From positions 1-29,375 of the IMG/VR virus record IMGVR_UViG_3300031451_000011: a stretch of 29,375 nucleotides of DNA, one strand, 5' to 3'. Source of the DNA: a virus (taxonomy: Duplodnaviria; Caudoviricetes). Position 1 is the first letter of the stretch; each line of letters starts with the position of its first letter. Below are positions 8,824 to 18,286 of the stretch, one piece after another. The notes under the pieces are model-generated. The model was not told the DNA's origin. It made no database searches and saw only the letters and a list, made by a program, of their open reading frames with translations. Position numbers and translations under genes: made by a program.

Positions 8824-9351
8824 CTAGCCCCCCGTCTGATTGGCGTTGACGGTGCGCGCGAGGAATCGTTCGAGCGACTCGGCGTAGGCGTCGATGATCT
8901 TGGGGACCGCCGCGCGGATCGTCGGGTAGAAGAAATACCCGGCGCTGCCGGCGCCGAGGCGCGGCGAGGCGGGCGGGAATTGCTTGTGCCGGATCGAACC
9001 GAACTCGTAGCCGACCATCCACGCCTTCGAGCGCGCGGTCGAGCCGTAGAGGATCGCGCTGCTCGTCTGGGTCGCCACCGCCCGTACGCTCGCCACCGCC
9101 TCGGCCCAGTGCTGTTTGGAGTGGCCCGTGCGCGCGTTGTAGCCGCTCGACGGCTTGTGCGCCGCCGCCGCCGCGCGCACGGGCGGGACCAGCACCTCCT
9201 CGACGACGCGCTTGTTCGTGTCGCGCAGCTCGCCCAGCAGCCCCTCATCGAGGTCGCGGAGCAGCTTGCGGAGATCCTTCATCCCCACGACCTTCAGCGC
9301 GAGGTTGGTGGTCCTGACGGTCCCGGCGCGCGGCGGGCGCGGTGCGCTCAT
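8824..9351 (-). CDS. HK97 gp10-like (tail completion/neck) protein
   Basis: Start reassigned to ATG 9351; VVGMKDLRKLLRDL...RTG...YEFGS...FFYPTI matches the gp10 family pattern. Confidence 0.7.
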   Translation of the reverse strand: MSAPRPPRAGTVRTTNLALKVVGMKDLRKLLRDLDEGLLGELRDTNKRVVEEVLVPPVRAAAAAHKPSSGYNARTGHSKQHWAEAVASVRAVATQTSSAILYGSTARSKAWMVGYEFGSIRHKQFPPASPRLGAGSAGYFFYPTIRAAVPKIIDAYAESLERFLARTVNANQTGG

Positions 9352-9362
9352 GCGGTCCCCCG

Positions 9363-10307
9363 TTACGGCGTGGCGTCGGCGCAGGTCAGCGCCAGGGTGA
9401 TGATCGGCTGCGTGGCGTTTTTGAGCGCCTTGAATGGGATCGTCTGCCGCACGATATCCGAGCCGCTGATCGCCGGGTTTGCCCCGGTGTACTCGATGGC
9501 CGGGATCGTCGTCGTCAGCACGGTCGCGCCGAAGGTGTGCGTCATCGTCAGCGCGGCGACCGCGCCCGAGATGAATTTGCCGTAGATCGCCGTGTCCTCG
9601 AACTCCTTGCTGATCTGCCCGGTCACGGCGTACTCGCCGTTGGCGATCGGCTCCAATTTCTGATTGCCGAGATAGCGCCGGTCCATCGCCATCGCCCGCG
9701 CGCCGCCGACCATGCACTCGCTCACGTTGCCCGAGACGCCATCGAGCGTCACCACGGCGTCCAGGAAGGCGAGCGGGCTATTGACGGCGGGGTACGAGGC
9801 GACCGCGAGCGCGCTGGTCAGGTCGCCGATGTTGGTGAAGTCGTAGGTCAGCCGCAGTTTGAGGTTCTGGTCGATCTTCTGGTCGAGTTGCCACGCGTGA
9901 ACCTTGCCGCCGAGATAGTTGAACGGCACGACCACCCCCATGGTCTGCGGCTTACCCACCTGCACGGTCATCGACAAGCCTTGCAGCCCCACCGCGTCCG
10001 GGGTGGCCGTGTGCGTATAGGGGCCGGTGCCGGTCGTGGCGATGCTGCCGAGCATGTTTTTGAGCAGGATACCCATCCCGCTCGACATGAAATCCACCTC
10101 GACCTGCCCGCCGAACGATTTGATGTAGGCGCGACGGCGCGAGGTCCGCACGAACTGGTCGCCGATCCCGCGCGTCTCCAACGACGGACGGTCGGGCGCG
10201 ATCCCCTCGGTCAGGAATTCGAGGAAGCGCGTCGGCGTGGTGAAAACGCCATACGCGCCTTCTTGTGCGATCCCTACCTGACTACTTAATCCGCTCCCCA
10301 GTGGCAT
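9363..10307 (-). CDS. Major tail tube protein
   Basis: 314 aa beta-rich; VGIAQEGAYG...PTRFLEF...SMTVQVG...YLGGKV typical of tube proteins; position. Confidence 0.85.
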   Translation of the reverse strand: MPLGSGLSSQVGIAQEGAYGVFTTPTRFLEFLTEGIAPDRPSLETRGIGDQFVRTSRRRAYIKSFGGQVEVDFMSSGMGILLKNMLGSIATTGTGPYTHTATPDAVGLQGLSMTVQVGKPQTMGVVVPFNYLGGKVHAWQLDQKIDQNLKLRLTYDFTNIGDLTSALAVASYPAVNSPLAFLDAVVTLDGVSGNVSECMVGGARAMAMDRRYLGNQKLEPIANGEYAVTGQISKEFEDTAIYGKFISGAVAALTMTHTFGATVLTTTIPAIEYTGANPAISGSDIVRQTIPFKALKNATQPIITLALTCADATP

Positions 10308-10310
10308 GAT

Positions 10311-10550
10311 CTACTGCCCCCCTTCCGTGGCTGGTGCGTCCGGGACGCCCTGCGGGATGTCCTGTTGCGCCTCGGCGATCGGCCCGGCGCTCTTGCCGAC
10401 CGGCTGCCAGTCGGCCTGTAACGCGAGCGACGCGGCCACGTCGAGCGGCACCTCGATCGCCTCGCCCGGTTTGACTTCCAGGTCCAGCGCGGGGACGTAG
10501 ACGCCCTCGGCAAACGGACCCGTGTACTTGATTTTGACTGTCTCGGCCAT
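10311..10550 (-). CDS. Small hypothetical virion-module protein
   Basis: KIKYTGP...VKPGEAIEVP...A..L..QADW motif, common just before tube genes; RBS present. Confidence 0.65.
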   Translation of the reverse strand: MAETVKIKYTGPFAEGVYVPALDLEVKPGEAIEVPLDVAASLALQADWQPVGKSAGPIAEAQQDIPQGVPDAPATEGGQ

Positions 10551-10560
10551 AGCGCCCCCC

Positions 10561-11034
10561 TTAGCTCGTGAGTTCGGTGTACACGTCGATCCGTATTTCG
10601 AGCGTGGCCCACCGCCCGTTATCGGTCATGCCCTGCGTCAGGTTGGCGCTCGCCAGTTGCGCGCGGTAGACCGACGCCTGCATGGTGTAGTTGGTGCGTA
10701 GCTCGTCCTCCACGACCGCGAGGATCGCGTAGACCCGATTGCGCGCCGCGTCCGCGACCGCCTCGGAGCCGTCCGCGAGGCCCGCGCCCGCTTGCAGGAT
10801 GAAGATCCCGCCCCGGATGGTGTACTGCTCGGTTCTGCGCCGGTTGCCGAGCGCGCCCCACGCCTGGGTGTCGTCGGAGCCGTAGAGTTCGACCATTTCG
10901 AGCGGCAGCGGGTCGCCCGCCGGGGCGGCGTAGGCCCGCACCTTCGCGGTCGCCGGATTGCCCGCCAGTCGGACATTCAGCCGGTCGCGCAGGGTGGCCA
11001 GGAACGCGGGGACGGTGCTGGTAACGGTAGCCAT
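10561..11034 (-). CDS. Tail terminator-like protein
   Basis: 157 aa; RRRTEQYTI...AARNRVYAILAVVEDELR; lies between adaptor and tube. Confidence 0.65.
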   Translation of the reverse strand: MATVTSTVPAFLATLRDRLNVRLAGNPATAKVRAYAAPAGDPLPLEMVELYGSDDTQAWGALGNRRRTEQYTIRGGIFILQAGAGLADGSEAVADAARNRVYAILAVVEDELRTNYTMQASVYRAQLASANLTQGMTDNGRWATLEIRIDVYTELTS

Positions 11035-11915
11035 CAGGCGATCCCCACGGTCGATTCCATGTAGTCGGAGAGCACCGCATCGACGTTAGGCAGTCCAAAC
11101 CACGAATTGCGACCCATGCCGGGAGTCGCCAGCCGATACGTCCCTGCGCCACTCGGGTCGGACCAACTCGTCGTGCGCTCGCTCATGTTCGTGAGGGTCA
11201 TCTGGTTGACGCAGGCGATCAGCGCGGCGCGGCGGATCGGTTCGGGCGGCTGCGCGTAGCCGTATTCGTAGCCGACCTGCACGGTGAGGCTCGGCAGGCG
11301 CAACTCGCTATACAGACTCGTGCCGTAATACATGCTCCCGCGCGTGACGATCCCAGTGGCGAGGTCGCTGTCGAGCGCGGCCAGTTGGGCGGCGCTGTAC
11401 GGGACGTAGGTCGATGCGCCCGGTGCGCGCGTGGCGATCGAACGGATCGCCGTGATCGGCTGGTCGGGCAGTTGGAACTCGAACCAGTCCGCGCCCGAGA
11501 TCGCGCGGAACCGATAGCGCGGGATGAAGCTGACCTTGCAGATGCGCTCGAAGCGCTCCGTGATCAGCGTTCGCGCCGCGAGGATCGCCGCGTCGGGGAA
11601 GGCGGTCGCGTCGGCGAGCTGCCGCTTGTCGAACGCCCGCGCGTCCGCGACCTCGAAGAGGGTCGCCCCGACGATCTCCACCTGTGCGCGCAGATTGCCG
11701 AGCGTCTGGGAGGTGAAGACCCCGACCAGGGTATTGAGTTGCGCCGTGTCGAGCAGCGTCAGCGGAAGGCTGGCGACGTTTGCGGCGACCGCCGCGACCG
11801 CGTTGGTGTAGACCGGGACGCCATCGATCGTCGTCACCGTGACCGTCACCACGCCGGGCGGGGCCGGATAGGTGACGCTCAGGGTCGCGGGGATGGCGAG
11901 CAGGCTCATCGTCAT
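11034..11915 (-). CDS. Head-tail adaptor/connector with N-terminal extension
   Basis: C-terminal VGYEYGYAQPPEPIRRAAL...GLPNVDAVLSDY adaptor motif; about 80-aa extra beta-rich N-domain. Confidence 0.75.
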   Translation of the reverse strand: MTMSLLAIPATLSVTYPAPPGVVTVTVTTIDGVPVYTNAVAAVAANVASLPLTLLDTAQLNTLVGVFTSQTLGNLRAQVEIVGATLFEVADARAFDKRQLADATAFPDAAILAARTLITERFERICKVSFIPRYRFRAISGADWFEFQLPDQPITAIRSIATRAPGASTYVPYSAAQLAALDSDLATGIVTRGSMYYGTSLYSELRLPSLTVQVGYEYGYAQPPEPIRRAALIACVNQMTLTNMSERTTSWSDPSGAGTYRLATPGMGRNSWFGLPNVDAVLSDYMESTVGIA

Positions 11916-12118
11916 GCGCGCCGCTCCGTGCGCGGGGACAGGGCGGCGGTCTGCACCGCGACCCCATCCACGGCGCGCTTGACGACCCGCACGGGCGTGT
12001 CCGCATACTCGGCGCGACCGACCGCGACGAGCGCTCGCGCCTCCTCCTCGGTGGCCTCGCGTACCGCGCCCGGTACGTCCGTCGTCCCGGCCTGTCGCGC
12101 CAGTATGCGGATCAGCAT
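11912..12118 (-). CDS. Small hypothetical head-module protein
   Basis: GGAGG RBS; PGAVREATEEEARALVAVGRAEY motif, common after capsid genes. Confidence 0.7.
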   Translation of the reverse strand: MLIRILARQAGTTDVPGAVREATEEEARALVAVGRAEYADTPVRVVKRAVDGVAVQTAALSPRTERRA

Positions 12119-12150
12119 CGGATCACCTCCCCTCGTAGCGGATCGCGCGA

Positions 12151-12576
12151 TTAGACCGGGCGGCTGTTCGGGTCGTTGACCGCCGCCTCGTTCACCGCCT
12201 GCTGCTGCTCGATCGGCGGGGCGACCGGGGCGACCGGCACCTCGACGTGGGTGATGTTCTGTTTCGCAGCGGCGTCATACGCCTCCTGGTACGCCTTCGC
12301 GGCCTCGGCGCGGGCCTGCTCGCGCAGGTGGGAGACGCCGCCCGGTGCGGACGCCTGGGCGACCGCTGCGGCGGCGGCACCATCCCGCGCGCCGGCTGCA
12401 ACCGCATCGGACACCACGCGGGCGTTGGCGATCTCCTCGGCGAACTGGTTGGGAAACGTATCGAAACCCTGCGTGGCGACCTTCTGCACCATCGTCTCCG
12501 ACGCGGCCACCGCGTCGATCCCGGTGTCGACCACTTCGAGTACCCCGTCGGTCGGCTGCTGATCCTTCGCTGCCAT
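12151..12576 (-). CDS. Hypothetical Ala-rich protein after the major capsid gene
   Basis: GGAGG RBS, phage-like codon usage, fills the gap. Confidence 0.7.
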   Translation of the reverse strand: MAAKDQQPTDGVLEVVDTGIDAVAASETMVQKVATQGFDTFPNQFAEEIANARVVSDAVAAGARDGAAAAAVAQASAPGGVSHLREQARAEAAKAYQEAYDAAAKQNITHVEVPVAPVAPPIEQQQAVNEAAVNDPNSRPV

Positions 12577-12600
12577 CGTGGTTTGTCCTCCGTGTTAGGT

Positions 12601-12626
12601 GCCGCGCGGGATTGGCCCCGCGCGGC
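12601..12626. other. GC-rich stem-loop downstream of the capsid gene
   Basis: GCCGCGCGGG (12601-12610) / CCCGCGCGGC (12617-12626) perfect 10-bp inverted repeat; no U-tract, so more likely an mRNA stabiliser or attenuator. Confidence 0.5.
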
Positions 12627-12658
12627 CGATCAGTACGCTACCATTCGTCTACTACGCC

Positions 12659-13942
12659 TTAGGTTGCCGAGTTCGCGTAGTACACGATCGGATTAGTGCC
12701 AGCGTTCACAAGTGTGCCGTCTAGGCGCTCGAATACAAAGAAGCCCGTCTGGAGGTAGTCCGCGTAGCGTTCCTCGAGCCGGATCAGCGTGTTGTCTTTC
12801 ACGCTGCGGATCCAGTAGTTCGAGAAGTCGCCGTACAGGACGCTCTTGGCGTTCGGGGCCATCACCGGCATGTCCTGGTTGATGGTGTAGGGCGCGTTGA
12901 GGATGCTCGGCGGCATCCCGCCGATGTTCTGCCCGAGGTCGTAGCCGGGGTTCCAGAGCGGGCGACCCTGCGCGTCCATCAGCGCGCGGATCGCGCGGAG
13001 GCTGGAATCGTGGAACATCCATTCCGCCCCGTCGCGATAGGCCGGATCGACCGCGTGCTGCATCGCGAGGAGGTTGAGGTAGGTGATCGCGGTGGTGTTG
13101 CCCGCCGCTGCGGTGACGCCCGCCGTGGCCCCGGTGAGGATGCCCTGCGGCTGGCCCGCGCCCGTCCCGCTGGTCAGGTAGGTATTCTCGACGCGACCGA
13201 GGCGCTCGCCCGCAATCGAGGCGATGAACGAGGGGAGGTCGAAATAGCTGTCCTGCAACATCTGCCAGGAGATCAGGATCAACTTCGAGGTGAAGGTGTA
13301 GGCGTTGAGGGTCTTCGTGGTGAAGACCGGCTCCTGCTCGGTGATCTGCGTGTTCTCGGTGAGCAGCGCCCCGGCGTTGCCGGTGTCGTTCACCATCGGG
13401 ATCGGCAGGGGGTTGCCGGTGTCGGTGTTGAACTTGCGCGTCCCGGCCTTCAGCATCCCGCCGAACTGCAAGCGGGCGCGGGTCAGCACGTCCGCGAAGC
13501 CCTGCGGGATCAGGTAGCCGCCGACCGCGCCGCTGGTGGTGCCGAGCGCGGCGCGCTCCTCGATCCGCATCCCGCGTTCGAGGACCATCCGCTGCTCGCG
13601 CTCGATGCCGGTCTTGCCGTGGCGCACGTAGACCCAGAACGCAGAATCGTACTCCTCCTGGCTCGGTGCCACAGTCGCCTTGCGCTCGGTGACGAAATCG
13701 CCGCCGGGCAGCATCCGCACGTCGCGATCGACGATCGACAGCTCGCTCTTGCGGTCGGCGTGGCGCTTGACGCGCTCGAACTCGGCGGTCTTGGCATCGA
13801 GGTCCGCTTCGAGCGCGTCGTACCGCTGCGCCTCCTCGGCGGTGAGACTGCGCTGCCCGTCCGCGCGGGCACCTTCGAGGATGCCCGTCATGTCCTTCCA
13901 GATCACCTGCCGCTGCTCGGCCAACCGCTTCAACTCTTCCAC
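12659..13942 (-). CDS. Major capsid protein, HK97 family
   Basis: Coiled-coil delta domain; GGYLIP, GTGAGQPQGIL and GDFSNY motifs. Confidence 0.96.
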   Translation of the reverse strand: MEELKRLAEQRQVIWKDMTGILEGARADGQRSLTAEEAQRYDALEADLDAKTAEFERVKRHADRKSELSIVDRDVRMLPGGDFVTERKATVAPSQEEYDSAFWVYVRHGKTGIEREQRMVLERGMRIEERAALGTTSGAVGGYLIPQGFADVLTRARLQFGGMLKAGTRKFNTDTGNPLPIPMVNDTGNAGALLTENTQITEQEPVFTTKTLNAYTFTSKLILISWQMLQDSYFDLPSFIASIAGERLGRVENTYLTSGTGAGQPQGILTGATAGVTAAAGNTTAITYLNLLAMQHAVDPAYRDGAEWMFHDSSLRAIRALMDAQGRPLWNPGYDLGQNIGGMPPSILNAPYTINQDMPVMAPNAKSVLYGDFSNYWIRSVKDNTLIRLEERYADYLQTGFFVFERLDGTLVNAGTNPIVYYANSAT

Positions 13943-13943
13943 G

Positions 13944-14756
13944 TTATGCTCCTAGTGCGTAGTGCCGCGCGTTCATCGCGTGGCGGCGGGTCAAGAGATC
14001 CAGCGCGTACCCGTCCGAGTGGCTCGTCACCGGCTCGGCTCTGACGACCAACTCCGCGAGTGCTGTTGAGGCGGCTCGCAGCGCGGGCAGGAGGGCTTCG
14101 TCGGGGGTGGTCGAGGTGGTGAGGGCGCGCATCAATTGGCCGCGCTGCTCCTCGGGGAGATCGAGCAGGCCGAAGGCGTGCAGGAACGAGCGGGCCTCGC
14201 GCGAACGCAGGCCGATGTCCGTCTCCGCGTAGGCGGGCGTGGTCACGGCGGCCACGTCATAGAGTTTGACCTCGCGCAGGGTGCGGATCGGCGTCCCCTC
14301 GTCCGTCTCGTCCCAGTCGTCCTTGACGGTCTGGAACGCGAACGACATCTGCGAGATATTGCCCGCCTGCATGTTGGTGGCGAGGTCGCGGGCGTAGGTC
14401 GTGGGGGCCATCCGCGCGTCGATCAGCAGCCCGTCGCCGTCGTCCGACAGGGTGAGATTCCCGGCGGCGGTGCGCGCCAGGATGTGGGTGTCGTTGTGGT
14501 CGATGTTGAACGTCACGTCCTCGCCGTCGCGCAGCGTCTTGGTGAACGCACCGGGCGCGATGATCTCGATGAAACGCCCCTCCCACAGGTCTTGGAGCGG
14601 CTGCGAGCGCACGTTGTAGAGCGCGGCGTGGCCCTGGACCGGGATCGCGCCGTCCGCACCCGCCGCGCGGACTTCGATCCCCACGGTCGCGGTGCGACGG
14701 ATCACCTGGGCGCGATTGGCCGCGCGCCGCGCCTGATCGATCATCAGCTTGCTCAT
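13944..14756 (-). CDS. Prohead protease, HK97 family
   Basis: GHAALYN, FIEIIAPGAF, DHN...LART, MSFAF, VAAVTTPAY motifs. Confidence 0.95.
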   Translation of the reverse strand: MSKLMIDQARRAANRAQVIRRTATVGIEVRAAGADGAIPVQGHAALYNVRSQPLQDLWEGRFIEIIAPGAFTKTLRDGEDVTFNIDHNDTHILARTAAGNLTLSDDGDGLLIDARMAPTTYARDLATNMQAGNISQMSFAFQTVKDDWDETDEGTPIRTLREVKLYDVAAVTTPAYAETDIGLRSREARSFLHAFGLLDLPEEQRGQLMRALTTSTTPDEALLPALRAASTALAELVVRAEPVTSHSDGYALDLLTRRHAMNARHYALGA

Positions 14757-16024
14757 CAGTTGCCCCCTCCTGTATCGGCGGGCGAGCCGTCAGGACTCCC
14801 CTGCCCCTGGCCGCCGTCGCCGCCATTGCCGAGCGCGGGCGGCGCGACGTTGCTGTTCAGCGCGGCCTCGTAGTCGTCCCCGGTCGGGTCGGCGATCGGC
14901 GGCAGTTCCTCGCAGGTGCGGATGTCGTTCTTACTCAGCACGCCGATCGTCCGCGCGATCTGGTAGACCTGCCAGCGTTCGATCGCCCGCCCCCGCAGCA
15001 CCGCGTCGAGGTCGAACTGCGCGTAGCGGTCCTGCACCGGCAGGAGGTCGTCGCTGATCGCCTGCTCGAAGCGACTCAGCCACGGGCCGAGCGTGTAGGT
15101 GACGAACCCTTGCGACTGCTCTTCCAGGCCCTTGCCCCAGCTGCTCGTCTTGTCCATGATCCCGAGCATGTGGGGCGGGATGCGAAACAGCGTGGCGATC
15201 TCCCCGGCGCTGTATTTCATGGTGTCGAGGAACTGCGCGTCGCCCGGCGTGAGTCCGGTGGACTGCCAGGTTGCGCCGTTGCCGAGGACGCCGACCTTGT
15301 GCATGTTCCGCGCGCCCGCGTGGAGTTTCTGCCAACGTCGCGCCAGCTCGCTCGCCTGCTGGTCGCTGATCTCCTCCTTGGTCGAGAGGAAACCGGGGAC
15401 CGCCGACCCCTGCGCGTAGAAACTCGCCGCGCCCTGCTCCGCGCCCATCCCGATCCCGAGCGCCTCTTTGGCCTGGGCGATCGGCGACAGCCCCTTCAGC
15501 CCGTCCACGCCCCACGCGGGGATATGGCAGATGTCGTCGCGCGTGAACGTCTCCCGCCCCACGTCGAAGACCTTTGCCCCGCTCCGCTCGTCGCGGCGGA
15601 TCGTCACCGCTTGGGGATTGATCGGCCAGAGTTCGGCCAGCGCGCCGCCCCGGTCCTTGACCTTGTGGATGTAGGCGTTCCCGTCGAGCAGGCAGTGGCC
15701 GGACAGCGTTTCCCAGAACGTCTGGCGCGTCATCTCCGGGTTCGGCTTGCCCCAGATCAGGCGGTCGGCGGGCTGGCGCAACTCCTGACGGAACACGCCG
15801 CGCCGGTAGACCTGCAACGGCAGCGCGCCGATCGCCTCAGCGATGATCCGCACGCAGGTGTAGACCGTGACATTGCGGAGCGCGGTCTGCTGATTGACGA
15901 GCAGGCCGCTATTCGCGGGCAGGCCCGAGTCCGTGCCAAGCACGAGCGCGGCGTAGAGATCAGCTGACGGATTATTGAGTGAGGATCCCGCGCGGCGCTC
16001 CATCATGCGCGTGAGTACCGTCAC
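14756..16024 (-). CDS. Portal protein, HK97 family
   Basis: Start reassigned to GTG 16024 (GTGA overlap, GGAGG RBS); PNPEMT..FWE, GNAY, GLSPI, FRIPPHMLG motifs. Confidence 0.96.
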   Translation of the reverse strand: MTVLTRMMERRAGSSLNNPSADLYAALVLGTDSGLPANSGLLVNQQTALRNVTVYTCVRIIAEAIGALPLQVYRRGVFRQELRQPADRLIWGKPNPEMTRQTFWETLSGHCLLDGNAYIHKVKDRGGALAELWPINPQAVTIRRDERSGAKVFDVGRETFTRDDICHIPAWGVDGLKGLSPIAQAKEALGIGMGAEQGAASFYAQGSAVPGFLSTKEEISDQQASELARRWQKLHAGARNMHKVGVLGNGATWQSTGLTPGDAQFLDTMKYSAGEIATLFRIPPHMLGIMDKTSSWGKGLEEQSQGFVTYTLGPWLSRFEQAISDDLLPVQDRYAQFDLDAVLRGRAIERWQVYQIARTIGVLSKNDIRTCEELPPIADPTGDDYEAALNSNVAPPALGNGGDGGQGQGSPDGSPADTGGGN

Positions 16025-16206
16025 CGTGGCACCTCCACGAGCGGCGCGACGTACCAGATCAGGAACGCGCCGAACGCCACCAGGCCGAGCGGCCACGACC
16101 ACCACGCGGCACCGCTCACCGCGACGAGCCAGCCGAGGAGTTCGCAGGCGATCGCCGCGAGGGCACGCAGCGCGATGACGCGCGGGGCGGCGGGGCGCTC
16201 GTCCAT
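16021..16206 (-). CDS. Small two-TM membrane protein between TerL and portal
   Basis: MDERPAAP...LLGWLVAVSGAAWWSWPLGLVAFGAFLIWYV; TGATG coupling to TerL; a common position for such genes. Confidence 0.75.
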   Translation of the reverse strand: MDERPAAPRVIALRALAAIACELLGWLVAVSGAAWWSWPLGLVAFGAFLIWYVAPLVEVPR

Positions 16207-17780
16207 CACGCCCCCTCTTCGTCGTCGTCGAAGACCCAGAACTGCGGCACCTTCGGCAGCTCCTGCGGCTTGCCCGCCTCGGCCACCGCCATCACCAGCG
16301 CGATCGGGCCGTCGTTCTCGCGGCGGTCGTGCGTCTTGACCAAGCGCTGCCCGCCCCCGCTCACCTGTTTCGCTACCGCGTCGCCCATCTGACGCGCGAG
16401 GATCGGGTCGCTCTCGTGCCCGAGTCGCTGGTCGATGATCAACTCGTACAATGCCTGGGTGGGGGGGCACATTCTGGTGTTGGTTTGCGGCATCTCCACC
16501 ATCGCCACGCCCTCGGCTTCGAGGCTCGCGGCCATCCATGTAATGAACGCGGGGTCGTAGGCCACGGCGGCGAGATTGCCGCCGCGATGCAACTCCCGGA
16601 TATGGTTCTCTACCTCGGCGATCGGCAGTCGCCACCCATCCGCAACCTGGCCGGTATGCGGGTCGCGCGGCGCACTCCAGATGCGCGCCTTGATCCGCAA
16701 CTGGTCGCCCCACCACTGCGCGCAAACGACCGCCGTGCTGTCCTTCTTCGTGGAGGCGTCAACACCGGCATAGATCGGGCGTTTCAGGTCGAACGCGAAC
16801 GGCGCGATCGCGCAGTCGTGCCACGCACCAGGCGGCAGCCAGGGCTTCTCGCCGCGCGTCCAGATGCCGAGGAAGTAGCGGACGAAGACCTCGCGCGGCT
16901 TGCGCTTCCACTGGTCGCGGTAGAACGGCAGATCGACCGTGTGCCCGAGCGAGGGGTTGGCCTGCGCGACCGCGCGCTCCCATTGGGCAGGGTCTTCGAG
17001 GTCGAGCGTCTCGTCCGCCGCATAAATCCGCGCGTAGAACTCCGGGTCGCTGAGTTCGCCCTTGATGATCTTCAAAGCCTGCTCGTGGTAGCGCCCGCAG
17101 ACCGTATCGAGGTCGAATCCCGCCGTGGTGATCATCAGCACGAGCGGCTCCTGCCGCGCGCCGGTCGCGTTCGTCAGGACGTTGAAGAGGCCCTCGCCCT
17201 TCGGCCCCTTGAACTCGTGCAGCTCGTCGAGCGTGACCGTCGAGAGGTTCTTGCCGTCGTTGGTGCCGACCGTCGCCGAATAGCGCGCGATCTTCGCCGC
17301 CGGGTTCTCCTTCAGGACGATCTCTTTGGCGTAGCAGGTGGTCAGCGCGGCCAGGTCGGGCGACATCTCGCACATCGCCTTCGCCGCGCCGAAGACGAGA
17401 TCGGCCTGCTCGTCGCTGTTCGCCGCGCACGCGATCTCCGGCGACTCCTCGCCATCCGCGACGAGCATGTACACATCGATCGCGGCGATCAGCTCGGTCT
17501 TGCCCTGCTTTTTCGGGACCTCGATGTAGGCCCACCGATAGCGCCGCCGCCCAGTCAGCGGATCGACCTCGAAGAGTTCGTAGAGGAGCTTCTTCTCCCA
17601 CGGCAGCAGCACGAACGGCTTGCCGCGCCAGCGCCCCTTCGTGTGGCAGCAATATGCCTCGATGAAGTCGATCACATGCTGCCCGCGCGTAGGGAACTCC
17701 CTCACGCTGCCGTCCGGCATCCGCTGGCGAATCGTGCGCGTGGCGACCTGCGCGGCGATGGGGCGATCAGCGACCACCAT
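16206..17780 (-). CDS. terL: Terminase large subunit
   Basis: Walker A VPKKQGKT, Walker B VTLDELHE, ITTAG coupling motif, nuclease GVDAS/YDP/DGPIALVMA. Confidence 0.97.
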   Translation of the reverse strand: MVVADRPIAAQVATRTIRQRMPDGSVREFPTRGQHVIDFIEAYCCHTKGRWRGKPFVLLPWEKKLLYELFEVDPLTGRRRYRWAYIEVPKKQGKTELIAAIDVYMLVADGEESPEIACAANSDEQADLVFGAAKAMCEMSPDLAALTTCYAKEIVLKENPAAKIARYSATVGTNDGKNLSTVTLDELHEFKGPKGEGLFNVLTNATGARQEPLVLMITTAGFDLDTVCGRYHEQALKIIKGELSDPEFYARIYAADETLDLEDPAQWERAVAQANPSLGHTVDLPFYRDQWKRKPREVFVRYFLGIWTRGEKPWLPPGAWHDCAIAPFAFDLKRPIYAGVDASTKKDSTAVVCAQWWGDQLRIKARIWSAPRDPHTGQVADGWRLPIAEVENHIRELHRGGNLAAVAYDPAFITWMAASLEAEGVAMVEMPQTNTRMCPPTQALYELIIDQRLGHESDPILARQMGDAVAKQVSGGGQRLVKTHDRRENDGPIALVMAVAEAGKPQELPKVPQFWVFDDDEEGA

Positions 17781-18286
17781 CAGGACACCTCATCGATGTC
17801 GATCACCGCGTCCACCTCGCGCGCCAGCTGCCCGCGCAAATCGTCGGTGGTCTTGGTGTTGACGTAGGCGTTCGTGGTCACGCCGAGCTTCATGCGCGCG
17901 AGCGGGAGGAGGCCCAATTGGTCACGCAGCTTCTCGATCTCGCGGTTCAACTCCTTCAGGATGGCGAGCTTGGGGTTGGCCACATCCTGATCCATCGACC
18001 CTTTGACGAGCGGATGGGCAAGCACCTGGCCCTGGATCGCGTCACGCTTGGCGAGCAGGAGGAAATAGCGCCCGATGTCGTAATGGTCGGCCCCCGTCAC
18101 CATCTGCGAGACCGGATCGGCCCAAAAAGCGTCCCAGACAACGCGATACGCCTTCGGCAATCTCGGCGGGTACGCGGGAATCTCGCGGCGTGCATCGGCC
18201 GGCACGAGCGCCAGGGTGGACGATCCGGTGTACCGACTGCCCTTCCCCTGCAACTGCTCTGCCGGTTTCTGCCGCTGATTAGCGAT
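17780..18286 (-). CDS. terS: Terminase small subunit, P27 family (start probably ATC 18286; ORF track gives TTG 18253)
   Basis: ANPKLAIL...LGLLPLARMKL motif; in-frame extension ANQRQKPAEQL is preceded by a GGGGGTG RBS. Confidence 0.85.
   Translation of the reverse strand: MANQRQKPAEQLQGKGSRYTGSSTLALVPADARREIPAYPPRLPKAYRVVWDAFWADPVSQMVTGADHYDIGRYFLLLAKRDAIQGQVLAHPLVKGSMDQDVANPKLAILKELNREIEKLRDQLGLLPLARMKLGVTTNAYVNTKTTDDLRGQLAREVDAVIDIDEVS

Noticed and set aside
16021-16206. Holin call for the two-TM protein
   Set aside because: No adjacent endolysin; small membrane genes between terL and portal are common and of unknown function
13-17867. Long plus-strand ORFs (e.g. 13-621, 1865-3664, 8191-9585, 13010-14044, 16329-17867)
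   Set aside because: Arg/Val/Gly-rich antisense shadows of motif-bearing minus-strand genes in high-GC DNA
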